NCBI GenBank assembly: GCA_045863235.1
Contig: BTUM01000008.1
Span: forward strand, 32,001-96,000
Reading direction: 5' to 3'
Source: Candidatus Xenobia bacterium
GTDB taxonomy: Bacteria; Vulcanimicrobiota; Xenobia; Xenobiales; QWHO01
DNA: 64,000 nucleotides
The translations under genes and the position numbers were made by a program. The notes beneath the pieces were generated by a model. It ran no database searches, had not been told where the DNA came from, and saw nothing but the letters and a program-made list of their open reading frames with translations. Positions 20,218 to 29,717 of the stretch are shown piece after piece (positions within the stretch are counted from its first letter, which is position 1; each line of letters begins with the position of its first letter).

Positions 20218-20785
20218 GCGGAAAGCATTTACCCTTGCCGAGGTCCTGATCTACGCGATCGTCGCCATCTTGCTGCTGGCCATGGTCTACTCAACCTTGA
20301 TGATGGTGCTCCAGGTCTACCAGAACACGCGTAACTTCGCCCTCTTGCAGATGGAGGCGATGAAATCGGCCAGCGAGGTCGCCAACGAGCTTTCGCGGTC
20401 CCCCAAGAGCTCGGTGTCCACCGGGTCGGACTGGCTCCTCATGCTCTCGAGCGTGGCTCCGACCGGCCGGATCGCGTATGACAACTCGGGTCGGGTGCTG
20501 TGGCAAAAGTGGGTCCTCTACTACCGAGACGCCGACAACAAGCTCCTGCGCAAGGAGCTGACCTTCACTCCCACCGCGACCCCGCCGGTCGTGGCACCCG
20601 ACGTCAACACCCTGATCAACGACCAGAACCTGCCCGCGCGTATCGTCGCCACGGACATCACCGGCCTGACCTCCTCGGGCGCATTTGCCGGAGAATCGGT
20701 CACCATCACCGCGAGCAACGATCTGAGGGGTCTTGCGAGCGTCAATGTCACGCTTGGATGCAGCTTCCGCCCGCAGGGCGAGTAG
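20201..20785 (+). CDS. Type IV minor pilin, PilW/GspJ-like
   Basis: RKA|FTLAEVLIYA class III signal. Confidence 0.85.
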   Translation: MSQTTERKAFTLAEVLIYAIVAILLLAMVYSTLMMVLQVYQNTRNFALLQMEAMKSASEVANELSRSPKSSVSTGSDWLLMLSSVAPTGRIAYDNSGRVLWQKWVLYYRDADNKLLRKELTFTPTATPPVVAPDVNTLINDQNLPARIVATDITGLTSSGAFAGESVTITASNDLRGLASVNVTLGCSFRPQGE

Positions 20786-20799
20786 AACCGGAGGCCCGT

Positions 20800-22101
20800 A
20801 TGTCTGCCAAGAAACAAGCCGCGAACTCTCTGGCCATCGCGCTGATGGTCCTGGTCGTCCTGGTCGTGATGGTGGTTGCAGTCGGCATCCTGGGGTCGCA
20901 ACACCTCAATCTGGTCAAATCCAACCTCCGAAGCACCACTGCGGTCTACGCCGCCGAAGCCGGCATCGCTGCTGCCCTGGTCGAGCTGAAGGCAAACCCG
21001 GGCTGGTCGGCCGGCTTCCAGAATGTCGACCTCCAGGGCGAGTGGGACCCTCGCTATTCGGTCAGCGTCACCAACAACAACCTGGGCGGAGGGGTCATGA
21101 CGGCACCTGACGGGACCGAGGTGCCCGCAGGATGCGTCTATCTTCTCGCCACCGGAACGTGCCAGGGGGTCCAACCTCGCCGGGTGGCGGTCATGCTGAC
21201 GGCCGGCGGCGGAGCCTTTCGCTACGTCATCGCTTCGGGTGGCAACATCGACCTCTCCGGCCACGGAGACATCCGCGGGAGCATCAAGTCCAACGGCGAC
21301 ATCTCCTTCAAGGGTAGCATCAACATCATCCCCGACCAGGGCTCTGGCCGAGTGATCGCAGCCTACCTCCCCGACGAGAATGGCAATCCGACGATTGGCC
21401 CTGATGGAAAGCCGCTGGGAAACATCTTCATCGGCTCTGGTCTCGATGTCGAGCCCGGCCAGGATGTGCGGGCGCGATACCTGATCGACAGCGTCGCCAA
21501 AGTCGATCCCCCCGGAGCAGCCCATCCCTACGACACGAGCTCGGACACTCTGCCCTTTGGTCCCACCTTCAACGACACTCTGCCCGACCCCGACCGCTCG
21601 GTCTTGCTCGCTCCCGGTGGCTACGTGCAACACAACGAATCAAGCTATCCGTTCGGAAAAATCAAGACCCTGCAGCTTAACGGCAAGATCCACTTCTTCC
21701 CCAACGGGCTGACGATGGACTCCGGGAGCAAGGTCGAGGGACCGGGCACCATCGTGGTGGGCAACGGCAATTCGGCCACGTTCAACATCCCGCTGAACCT
21801 GGAAATGAATGTGATCGCGCTGGATAAGGAAGCTCCGGAGCCGGGCGAGTTTGGTAAAGCCACGGTCACCTTCGGAGCCAACACGGTGATCCGTGGCCTG
21901 GTCTACAGCCACGGCATCGTTGAAGCCAAGGCCCAGTTCGAGGTGGAGGGGTATGTGATCTGCTATGGAGACTGGAAGCAGGTCCAGGCCAATGCAAGCG
22001 TCGACGCCTCTCGAAATCCGGACCTGAGAGTGCCTGGTTTCGAGGCCTGGTTTGGTGGAGGAGGCGGCAGCGTCCAGGTGATGTCCTGGCAGAGGTTGTG
22101 A
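20800..22101 (+). CDS. PilX-like minor pilin with a large beta-helix-like C-terminus
   Basis: Hydrophobic N-terminus lacking E5, AVYAAEAGI PilX motif, repeated SGGNI/SNGDI, C-terminal VMSWQRL; GGAGG RBS. Confidence 0.8.
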   Translation: MSAKKQAANSLAIALMVLVVLVVMVVAVGILGSQHLNLVKSNLRSTTAVYAAEAGIAAALVELKANPGWSAGFQNVDLQGEWDPRYSVSVTNNNLGGGVMTAPDGTEVPAGCVYLLATGTCQGVQPRRVAVMLTAGGGAFRYVIASGGNIDLSGHGDIRGSIKSNGDISFKGSINIIPDQGSGRVIAAYLPDENGNPTIGPDGKPLGNIFIGSGLDVEPGQDVRARYLIDSVAKVDPPGAAHPYDTSSDTLPFGPTFNDTLPDPDRSVLLAPGGYVQHNESSYPFGKIKTLQLNGKIHFFPNGLTMDSGSKVEGPGTIVVGNGNSATFNIPLNLEMNVIALDKEAPEPGEFGKATVTFGANTVIRGLVYSHGIVEAKAQFEVEGYVICYGDWKQVQANASVDASRNPDLRVPGFEAWFGGGGGSVQVMSWQRL

Positions 22102-22102
22102 G

Positions 22103-23743
22103 TTGACCACCGTGGTTGCCGACTATCGGGTGCTGGAAACCCTGCCCGACGGGTCCCTGAAAGCTGAGGGCCCCGACCGGGGGCAATGGAGGCTCGAGCC
22201 CGTGCCGAGCGACCTGGGCGATGAGCGATTCGAGCAACTCGCCCATATCCGGGACGAGGTCTTGCCCCGGGTGGCTCTCCCCGTGCCACTCGAGGGCGGT
22301 CGCTACCTCCCGGTCGAGTGGTTCGAGCCTCCCTGTGCCGCTCCCGACCGGGAGAGGATGCTGGAGCAGATCGGGCGACTGGGCCCGGCCCTGGACCGGC
22401 TCTGGCACGAGAGCGGCTACGAGCTCCCCCGCTCCATCGAGCTGGGAGAAGACCCGGCCGGTCACCTGCGCCTGGCCCGCTTGTTAGGCGGGGAGGCACG
22501 TCCCCGGCTCAGCGCCCTGCTCGCCGAGCTGGCAGCCGGCCTGACCCGCCTGCTCACCCGGCCAGGGGCGGGCGGGATGCATGAGCAGCTCCCGCTGAAC
22601 CTCGACTGGACTTTGCAGCGCGCTCTCTCCGGCGACCCCGAGCGCTCCTTCCGAAGTTTCTCCGAGTTCACTGAATCTCTGGCCCGCAGGCACACGGCCG
22701 CGCGACCCCACCCGGACGAGCGACGGCTGCCGCCGGTGATCCATCGTAAGCGCAAGCCGCGAAGCAAGATAGCCCGAGTGCTGGTCGCCCTGGTCGTGAT
22801 GGCCGCGCTCTGGGGTCTTTGGCAGCTGGGGCGCGAGCAAGTCTACCAACCCGTGCTGGAAGACGCGGTGGTGGTGGCCCTTCCTCGCACCCTGCTGATC
22901 TACTCCTCGGTGGGACGAAACCTGCTGGACCGCATCCCCGCCCCCGCAGAGATCGTCGATGTGGCAGGCTCGGAGGACGGCCTGCTGGTGGCCTCGGCAG
23001 GCCCCGTCCGCCAACTGCTGGTGTATGACCTGCGCCAGGGCCGCTGGCGGGTGGGCGGCCTGATGGAGCGCGAGCCCGGGACGATCGAGATGGACTGGGA
23101 CGGCACCCATCTGGTCGTGGTGGAGCCAGGCTCACGAACGGCGATCAGCCACGCCCTTCGCCCGCGCGAGCAGTGGACCAACCGCAATCCTCCCCTGATT
23201 CCCACGGCCATGTTCGCGGGCAGCGGCCGCGACCTGGTGGCGACGGCCCACGACGAAAGCGGCACCCTGGTGGTGGTGGGAGACCCGACCCGGGGTCGCC
23301 TGGCCTGCTACCAGGCCGAGGATCGGCGCCTGCTGGCCAAGGTCAAACTGGAGCCCTTCACCGCCCTGAGCCTCTCCTCCGGAGGCAAGACGCTCTTGCT
23401 GGCTCGTCCCGGCGAGCTGGTAAGGCTGGCTCCCCGCAGCCTCGAGGTGGAGGACCGCCTGGCCCTGCCCGGGAGGACGGTGGTGCGATTGCTCCAGGAT
23501 GAGGCCCGGGGCAGACTCTGGGCCGTGCACGAGGACGGCCAGGTCAGCCGGCTGGATTTGATGAGCGACAGAGTGCTGGCCAGCTCCAGGGCCTGGGGAA
23601 CCCCGGTGGATGCCGTCCGGGCGGGACCCCGGCTCTGGCTGGCCACCACGAACGCCCTCTTGATTCTTGACGCCGAGTCCCTGGATCTGCTTCAGGAGCT
23701 GTCTTTACCCGAGCCCGCGCGGGGGTTGACCGTGGTGCACTGA
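22103..23743 (+). CDS. Kinase-remnant domain - TM - beta-propeller protein
   Basis: DYRVLETL start and LDWTLQRALSGDPERSF kinase-end motif without HRD or DFG; TM; YncE-like blades. Confidence 0.65.
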   Translation: MTTVVADYRVLETLPDGSLKAEGPDRGQWRLEPVPSDLGDERFEQLAHIRDEVLPRVALPVPLEGGRYLPVEWFEPPCAAPDRERMLEQIGRLGPALDRLWHESGYELPRSIELGEDPAGHLRLARLLGGEARPRLSALLAELAAGLTRLLTRPGAGGMHEQLPLNLDWTLQRALSGDPERSFRSFSEFTESLARRHTAARPHPDERRLPPVIHRKRKPRSKIARVLVALVVMAALWGLWQLGREQVYQPVLEDAVVVALPRTLLIYSSVGRNLLDRIPAPAEIVDVAGSEDGLLVASAGPVRQLLVYDLRQGRWRVGGLMEREPGTIEMDWDGTHLVVVEPGSRTAISHALRPREQWTNRNPPLIPTAMFAGSGRDLVATAHDESGTLVVVGDPTRGRLACYQAEDRRLLAKVKLEPFTALSLSSGGKTLLLARPGELVRLAPRSLEVEDRLALPGRTVVRLLQDEARGRLWAVHEDGQVSRLDLMSDRVLASSRAWGTPVDAVRAGPRLWLATTNALLILDAESLDLLQELSLPEPARGLTVVH

Positions 23744-23764
23744 TGCGCCCTCCAGGAGGCCAAC

Positions 23765-25507
23765 ATGGAAAAAATCGACCTGGTTAAGAGTCTGGATGAG
23801 GCCGGCCTTGTCATGGAAGAGGCAGCCCGGGTGGTGCTGGCCGATCCTCGCTTCCAGCGCATGCCGGTTACCCGGGCGCTGGTCGAGGGCAAGCTGATCA
23901 AAGAGGGCGAGCTGGCTGACTTCCTGGCCAGACTGTTCCACCTCGATTATGTCGTGCTCGACGATCTCCGTCCCGAGCTTCTGCAGCTGCTGCCCCGATC
24001 TCTGATGCAGGACGCGGCCGTCGTTCCCTACCGGATGGAGGACGACGAGTTGACCATCGCGGTAGCCGACCCGCTGGACGTGGCCACCGAAGACATCATT
24101 CGTGGGCTCACCCATCTCAAGCTGCGCCGGGTGGTCGCTCGGCGCAGCGACATCCTGCGAGCCCTTCAGGGGCCCAAGGGGGGAATGTCTCAGGCCATCG
24201 AGGGCTTCGTGGCCCACTCGCCTCATCAGGAGGTGGAATTCTTCGCCGACCGCGACGAAACCGAGGCGGCCGTACCGACGGACGAGTTCCACGAGCATGA
24301 CGCCCCCATCATCGACCTGGTGGCAGCCTTGATCTCCGACGCCATCCAGCTCAAGGCCTCGGACATCCACGTCGAGCCCCAGGAAAACTGCCTGCGCATC
24401 CGCTACCGCATCGACGGCGTTCTGAGAATCTTCGGCGAGCTGCCCAAGAAGGTCCAGAACGCCGTGATTTCCCGCATCAAACTGGCCTCTGGGATGGACA
24501 TCTCCGAGCATCGCAGGCCTCAGGACGGCCGCAGCCAGGCCCGGGTAGGGCGTAGATGGGTCGACCTGCGCGTCAGCGCCACCCCTTCCTACTACGGCGA
24601 GAAGGTGGTGCTGCGCATCCTGGACAAGAGCGTGGGCCTGCTCCGCCTCGACAGCCTGGGAATGTCGGACGAGGTCTATCAGGTCTACTCCCGAGTCCTG
24701 GAGAGCCCGCAGGGAATGGTACTCCTGACCGGTCCCACCGGCTCGGGCAAGACCACCACTCTTTACGCCAGCCTCAACGTGCGCAACCGCACCGCCGACA
24801 ACCTGGTGACGGTGGAGGACCCGATCGAGTACCAACTGGCCGGCATCACCCAGATCCAGATGAATCCCAAAGCCGGCGTGACGTTCGCCTCGGCTCTGCG
24901 GTCCATCTTGCGCCAGGACCCGGACATCATCATGGTGGGCGAGATCCGTGACCTGGAAACAGCCGAAATCGCCTTCCAGGCTGCTCAGACAGGCCACTTC
25001 GTGCTCTCCACCCTGCACACCAACTCCTCGCCCGCCACCATCATCCGCCTCTCCCACATGGGGGTGGAGCCGTTCCTGGTGGCCTCCTCGCTGCTGGCGG
25101 TGGTGGCCCAGCGCCTGGTGCGCCGCATCTGCCCGGCCTGCAAGCGGGAGATGCGACCCGACGAGGGCACCCTCAAATTCGTCGAGCTGGCTTCCCAGCG
25201 AGAGCTGCCCGCCACCTTCTGGGAAGGAGCCGGCTGCGACCAGTGCGGCAAGACCGGTTTCAGAGGTCGGGTGGGGCTGTACGAGATCTTGCCGATGACC
25301 GACAGCCTGCGCGAGCAGATCTACGCGGGCACCAGCCAGGACAGGATCTCCCAGACCGCGTTCAAGGAAGGCTTCTCGACCCTCTTGCACGATGGAATGA
25401 CCAAGGTGGCCGCGGGCGAGACTTCGCTGGCCGAAGTCCTGCGAGTGGTGCCCATCGAGTCGGCGGGCGCCATCGCGCGCCTGCTCGCCTCAGGGTCGAA
25501 AGTCTGA
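23765..25507 (+). CDS. pilB: GspE/PilB family assembly ATPase
   Basis: ASDIHVEP, GPTGSGKTTT, TVEDPIE, LRQDPDIIMVGEIRD, STLHTN, CPAC/CDQC. Confidence 0.93.
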   Translation: MEKIDLVKSLDEAGLVMEEAARVVLADPRFQRMPVTRALVEGKLIKEGELADFLARLFHLDYVVLDDLRPELLQLLPRSLMQDAAVVPYRMEDDELTIAVADPLDVATEDIIRGLTHLKLRRVVARRSDILRALQGPKGGMSQAIEGFVAHSPHQEVEFFADRDETEAAVPTDEFHEHDAPIIDLVAALISDAIQLKASDIHVEPQENCLRIRYRIDGVLRIFGELPKKVQNAVISRIKLASGMDISEHRRPQDGRSQARVGRRWVDLRVSATPSYYGEKVVLRILDKSVGLLRLDSLGMSDEVYQVYSRVLESPQGMVLLTGPTGSGKTTTLYASLNVRNRTADNLVTVEDPIEYQLAGITQIQMNPKAGVTFASALRSILRQDPDIIMVGEIRDLETAEIAFQAAQTGHFVLSTLHTNSSPATIIRLSHMGVEPFLVASSLLAVVAQRLVRRICPACKREMRPDEGTLKFVELASQRELPATFWEGAGCDQCGKTGFRGRVGLYEILPMTDSLREQIYAGTSQDRISQTAFKEGFSTLLHDGMTKVAAGETSLAEVLRVVPIESAGAIARLLASGSKV

Positions 25508-25978
25508 CCTCCAGATGTGCTCGGGCCCGTGCGCCACCCGCTCGAGCAGCTCGCGCAGGGGAACTTGGAGCACGGGATGGACCAGCTCCGGCTCCAACTC
25601 GACAAGCGGAACCAGCACGAAGCACTGGCTGGCCACCTGGGGATGGGGCAGCTCCCAGTCTTCATGACGCTCGACCCGGTCGTGATACAGGGTCAGATCC
25701 AGGTCGATGGTGCGGGCGGCGAGCTTGTCCGCGCTGCGACGTCGGCCCAGCTCGGCCTCCAGCTCGCGCAGGCGCCCGCGCAGCTGAGCCGGGGGGAGAG
25801 CGGTCTCGATCTCCACGGCCAGGTTGAAAAAACACGGTTGTTGCGAGCCTGGTGGGTAGGGCGGGCTCTCATAGACGGCGCTGCGGCGCTTGACCTTGAA
25901 GGAGCGCTCGAGGGCCGACAGAGCCGAGCGCAGGCTCTGCTCGCGCTGCAGGTTCGAGCCCAGATCGAGGAAGATCAA
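25490..25978 (-). CDS. folK: 6-hydroxymethyl-7,8-dihydropterin pyrophosphokinase
   Basis: LGSNL, FFNLAV, RTIDLDL, LPHP, FVLVPL. Confidence 0.95.
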   Translation of the reverse strand: MIFLDLGSNLQREQSLRSALSALERSFKVKRRSAVYESPPYPPGSQQPCFFNLAVEIETALPPAQLRGRLRELEAELGRRRSADKLAARTIDLDLTLYHDRVERHEDWELPHPQVASQCFVLVPLVELEPELVHPVLQVPLRELLERVAHGPEHIWRSDFRP

Positions 25979-26667
25979 ACCAGCGTGCGCCCCCCATCGA
26001 CCTGCAGAACCTGCCCCGTCACGAAATCGGCCCGGGCCAGAAAGACCACGGCCTCGGCGATGGACTCGGCCCCGCCCAGACGTTCGAGCGGGATCCTTTC
26101 GACCAGGCGGCGCTCGTGCTCGGGGTCGGCCTCTGCCGGAGGCAGGGCGGCCCCGGGCGCAACGGCGTTGCAGCGCACCTCGGGAGCCAGCTCCAGAGCC
26201 AGGCAGCGAGTCAGCATGACCACTCCTGCCTTGCTCAGGCAGTAGGGGAGATGGCCTTTGAGAGGACGCTCGCCATAGATGTCGGCCAGGTTAACGATGG
26301 CGCCAAATGAGGCGCGCAGACGCGGTGCCAGGCCAACCGCCAGGCCCAGAGGAGCCTCCAGGTTGAGCCCGCGGAAACGATCCCAGTCGTCCAGCGCCCG
26401 CTCCAACGGGCTGGGGCCAAAGAGGGCCGCGTTGTTGACCAGCAGATCCAGCCGCCCGAATCGCGAGAGGGCCTCCTGCACCAGCTGCTGCACCCCCTCA
26501 CGGCGGCTCAGATCGGCCCGGACGGTCTCCACCCGCCCGGCCAGCGGCTCGGGATCGGAGCGATGCACGTGTAACAGCAGGTCGTAGCCCTCGCGGGCCA
26601 GAGCGGCAGCCACGGCCTGCCCCAGCCGCACTCCAGCCCCGGTTACCAGCGCCACTTTGCGCTCCAT
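25975..26667 (-). CDS. Pteridine reductase-type SDR (FolM/PTR1-like)
   Basis: ALVTGAGVRLG (Arg typical of PTR1/FolM), NNAALF, YCLSK; translationally coupled to folK. Confidence 0.85.
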   Translation of the reverse strand: MERKVALVTGAGVRLGQAVAAALAREGYDLLLHVHRSDPEPLAGRVETVRADLSRREGVQQLVQEALSRFGRLDLLVNNAALFGPSPLERALDDWDRFRGLNLEAPLGLAVGLAPRLRASFGAIVNLADIYGERPLKGHLPYCLSKAGVVMLTRCLALELAPEVRCNAVAPGAALPPAEADPEHERRLVERIPLERLGGAESIAEAVVFLARADFVTGQVLQVDGGRTLV

Positions 26668-26730
26668 GCTGGAGGCCGGTTCCCCCCGTGGTCCGGGTTG
26701 ACCTTCCGTGGTATTCTCCCCAACAGAGCC

Positions 26731-27999
26731 GTGAGCGACTACGATCCGAACGACGAGGCCCTGCACAAAGCCTTCACGCGCGAGGAGGCTCCCCAGCCGT
26801 CGACCCCCAAGCGGTCGTCGGGCAAGGAGCGTCTGGCCAGCGGCACTTTGCTCGATGGGCGCTTCAAGGTTGTGCGCATGATCAAGGCCGGAGGCATGGG
26901 CGCCGTCTATGAAGTCTCCGACCGACTGCTCAACGACCGCATCTTCGCCCTCAAGGAGATGACCGACCTCAACAGCGACCCGGCCGAGCGCCTGGCTGCC
27001 CGCGACCGCTTCATCTCCGAGATCCAGGTGATGCAAGCCCTGCGGCACCCCAACATCCCCCGCATCACGGCCCAGTTCATTCACGAGAACTCTTTCTTCT
27101 TCGTGATGGAGTTCATCGAAGGGGTGGATCTGGGACAGGTGCTCAAGGAGCAGGGCTCCCCCGGACTGGATGCCCACCGGGTGGTGACCTGGGCCCTGCA
27201 GGTGCTTGATGCCCTGATCTACGCCCACGGGCAAGATCCCCCCGTCACCCATCGCGACATCAAGCCCTCCAACATCCTGCTCGGTCGAGACGATCGGGTG
27301 CGACTGATCGACTTCGGGATCGCCCGCGTGACCGGCCCGGGCGAAGGGTTCTGGATCGGCACGCCGGGCTACGCCCCGGCCGAGCAGCAGGCAAACCAGC
27401 CCGAGCCGAGCTCGGATCTCTACGCGCTGGGGGCCACCATGCACGAGCTCTTGAGCGGGCGCAAGCCGCAGGATTTCGATTTTCCAGCTTTCGAAGACCT
27501 GGGCGTGCAGGTTGACGCCGAGTTGGCCCGCATCATTTACGACTCGCTGGGCACCTGGCCCGAAGACCGCATTGCCCGCGCCCAGGACTTCGCCGATCGA
27601 CTGCGCAACCTGGCCAACATTCAGGTCTACTTGCCGGGAGTCGACCCGGGCCAGGATTTCGAGGCCGCTGCCCACCGGCTCAAGACCGAGGTGCTCGATC
27701 CGCTGCTGCAAGAGCTGATCCAGCGCTATCGCAATGAGTGCCACACCCCTCACATCCCCAAGAACCTGGAGTTCTTACAGTTCACGCTGGCCTGTCCCAC
27801 CGAATTCGAGCTCCGGGTGATCAAGGACCCCGACAGCGGGGAGATCGCCTTCCTCGAAAAGCAAGGCATCCTGAGCCCTCAACGCCTGGGTGGAGTCAAT
27901 CCGCTATCGGATCAGGCCGAGAGCCAGGTGCGCAGTCTCATCGCGACCTTCGTGGACAACTACGAGAACTTCAAGAACTCCAACTGGATCGTGGGCTGA
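26731..27999 (+). CDS. Cytoplasmic Ser/Thr protein kinase
   Basis: GGMGAVY, ALKE, HRDIKPSN, DFG, GTPGYAPAE. Confidence 0.92.
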   Translation: MSDYDPNDEALHKAFTREEAPQPSTPKRSSGKERLASGTLLDGRFKVVRMIKAGGMGAVYEVSDRLLNDRIFALKEMTDLNSDPAERLAARDRFISEIQVMQALRHPNIPRITAQFIHENSFFFVMEFIEGVDLGQVLKEQGSPGLDAHRVVTWALQVLDALIYAHGQDPPVTHRDIKPSNILLGRDDRVRLIDFGIARVTGPGEGFWIGTPGYAPAEQQANQPEPSSDLYALGATMHELLSGRKPQDFDFPAFEDLGVQVDAELARIIYDSLGTWPEDRIARAQDFADRLRNLANIQVYLPGVDPGQDFEAAAHRLKTEVLDPLLQELIQRYRNECHTPHIPKNLEFLQFTLACPTEFELRVIKDPDSGEIAFLEKQGILSPQRLGGVNPLSDQAESQVRSLIATFVDNYENFKNSNWIVG

Positions 28000-28074
28000 T
28001 CCCTCCGGGGGGCAGGAAAAAATTCAATTCTTACGAACTAACTTTTGCTTCCCGCTTTCAGGGGGTTACGATTC

Positions 28075-28704
28075 TTGCTGGACAAACTGACCGGGCTCTA
28101 TCAAAAGAAGTACTTCCTCGAGCAACTCGACCTCGAGGTGAAGCGCTGCGCCCGCTACCGGCGTCCCCTGTCGGTACTGGCTCTCGAGCTCGACTACGCT
28201 TACTTCCACCCCGATGTGGACGTGCGCTGGTCCATGGGTTACACCCTGTTCAAGCAGCTCGGTCCCATCGTGATCTCCACCCTGCGCAACGTCGACCTGG
28301 CCTCCCGCTTTGATGGAGAAGTGTTTCTCGCCTTCCTGCCCGAGACCGGACGCGAAGGGGCCCTGATTGCCGGCGAGAGACTACGCAGCCGCGTCGAGCG
28401 CCACTGGTTCCTGGGCCAGGTGCCCGGGGCGCCCGCCGCCGAGGGACTCAAAAGCGACCGCTTCCGAGTGGCGCTCAACGTGGGAGTGGCCATCTTTCCC
28501 GAGAACGGCCTCGAGCCGCCGACCCTGGTGGAAGCCGCCCGAGGAGCTTTGATGTGGGCCAAGAGCGAGGGCAGCAATCGGGTGAAGATCGCCTCCAGCG
28601 GGGGGGTGGAGACCAGCCTCCCCGAGGCCAGCGCCAGCGAACGACCCAGAACTGACGCTCCCACCTCGTGGGACGCGCTCGCAACCGACCACAATGAGGA
28701 GTAG
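28075..28704 (+). CDS. Stand-alone degenerate GGDEF-domain protein
   Basis: DKLTGLY...F, R.RRPLS, RNVDLASRFDGEVF, AK..G.NRV; TTG start after AGGGGG. Confidence 0.85.
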   Translation: MLDKLTGLYQKKYFLEQLDLEVKRCARYRRPLSVLALELDYAYFHPDVDVRWSMGYTLFKQLGPIVISTLRNVDLASRFDGEVFLAFLPETGREGALIAGERLRSRVERHWFLGQVPGAPAAEGLKSDRFRVALNVGVAIFPENGLEPPTLVEAARGALMWAKSEGSNRVKIASSGGVETSLPEASASERPRTDAPTSWDALATDHNEE

Positions 28705-28748
28705 ACGCCCATGGTCAGGTATGCTAGATTAGGGCCGGAGGTCGGAGT

Positions 28749-29717
28749 ATGACGGCTCCCTATGTTTGGGCTTTCGGGCTTGGTTTCGTGCTCACGCTGG
28801 CCCTGACCCCGGCAGTCCAGGCCCTGGCCCGCCGGGCCGGCGCCATGGACAAGCCCGACCCGCGCAAAGTGCATAAAGTACCCATCCCGCTCTGGGGTGG
28901 GCTGGGCGTTTTTCTGGCCTGCGTAAGCGCCATGGCGCTGGTGCTGTGGCCCCTGCGCGAGAGCCTGACCGAGCGCATGGTCAACCACCTCCTGGGCATG
29001 CTCATCGGGGGGTCTGTGATCGTGGCGGTGGGCATGGTCGACGACCGCTTCGGCATGAAGGCCACCGTCAAACTGGCCTTGCAGATTCTGGTGGCCTGCA
29101 TCATGATCTCCTTCGGGATCCGCATCGACTACCTGTCCATCCCGTTCCACGGATTGGTCTTCCTCGAGCCCTGGCAGGCCATCGGATTGACCATGTTCTG
29201 GATCGTGGGCATCACCAACGCCATCAACCTGCTCGACGGATTGGACGGCCTTCTTTCAGGCGTTTCTCTCATCTCGGCGGTCATCTTCGCCGTCGTCGCC
29301 AGCGCCAGCGGACAGGGCCAGTGGGTCACCGTGCTGATGATGGCCACCATTGCCGGCTGCGCCCTTGGCTTTCTTCGTTACAACTTCAATCCCGCCCAAA
29401 TCTTTCTTGGCGACACGGGCAGCCTCTTCTTCGGGCTGATGTTCGCTGGTTTCTCCGTCATCGGAACCCTCAAGGTCACGGCCGCCTTTGCGCTGGCCAT
29501 CCCGGTGTGCATTCTCGGGGTGCCCATCCTGGACACCTCGTTTGCGATCGTCCGTCGCAGCCTGGCGCGGCGCCCCATCTTTCAACCCGACAAGGGGCAC
29601 CTGCACCATCGACTGCTCGGATTGGGCTTGTCCCAGCGCCAGGCCGTGATGTGGATTTACTTCATCAACATCCTCTTCGGTCTGGCCGGACTCGCCATTG
29701 CCTACGCCGCCAAATAA
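28749..29717 (+). CDS. Undecaprenyl-phosphate GlcNAc-1-phosphate transferase (WecA/TagO family)
   Basis: RKVH..PIP..GG, VDD, NAINLLDGLDGL, FLGDTGS, DKGHLHHRL. Confidence 0.93.
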   Translation: MTAPYVWAFGLGFVLTLALTPAVQALARRAGAMDKPDPRKVHKVPIPLWGGLGVFLACVSAMALVLWPLRESLTERMVNHLLGMLIGGSVIVAVGMVDDRFGMKATVKLALQILVACIMISFGIRIDYLSIPFHGLVFLEPWQAIGLTMFWIVGITNAINLLDGLDGLLSGVSLISAVIFAVVASASGQGQWVTVLMMATIAGCALGFLRYNFNPAQIFLGDTGSLFFGLMFAGFSVIGTLKVTAAFALAIPVCILGVPILDTSFAIVRRSLARRPIFQPDKGHLHHRLLGLGLSQRQAVMWIYFINILFGLAGLAIAYAAK

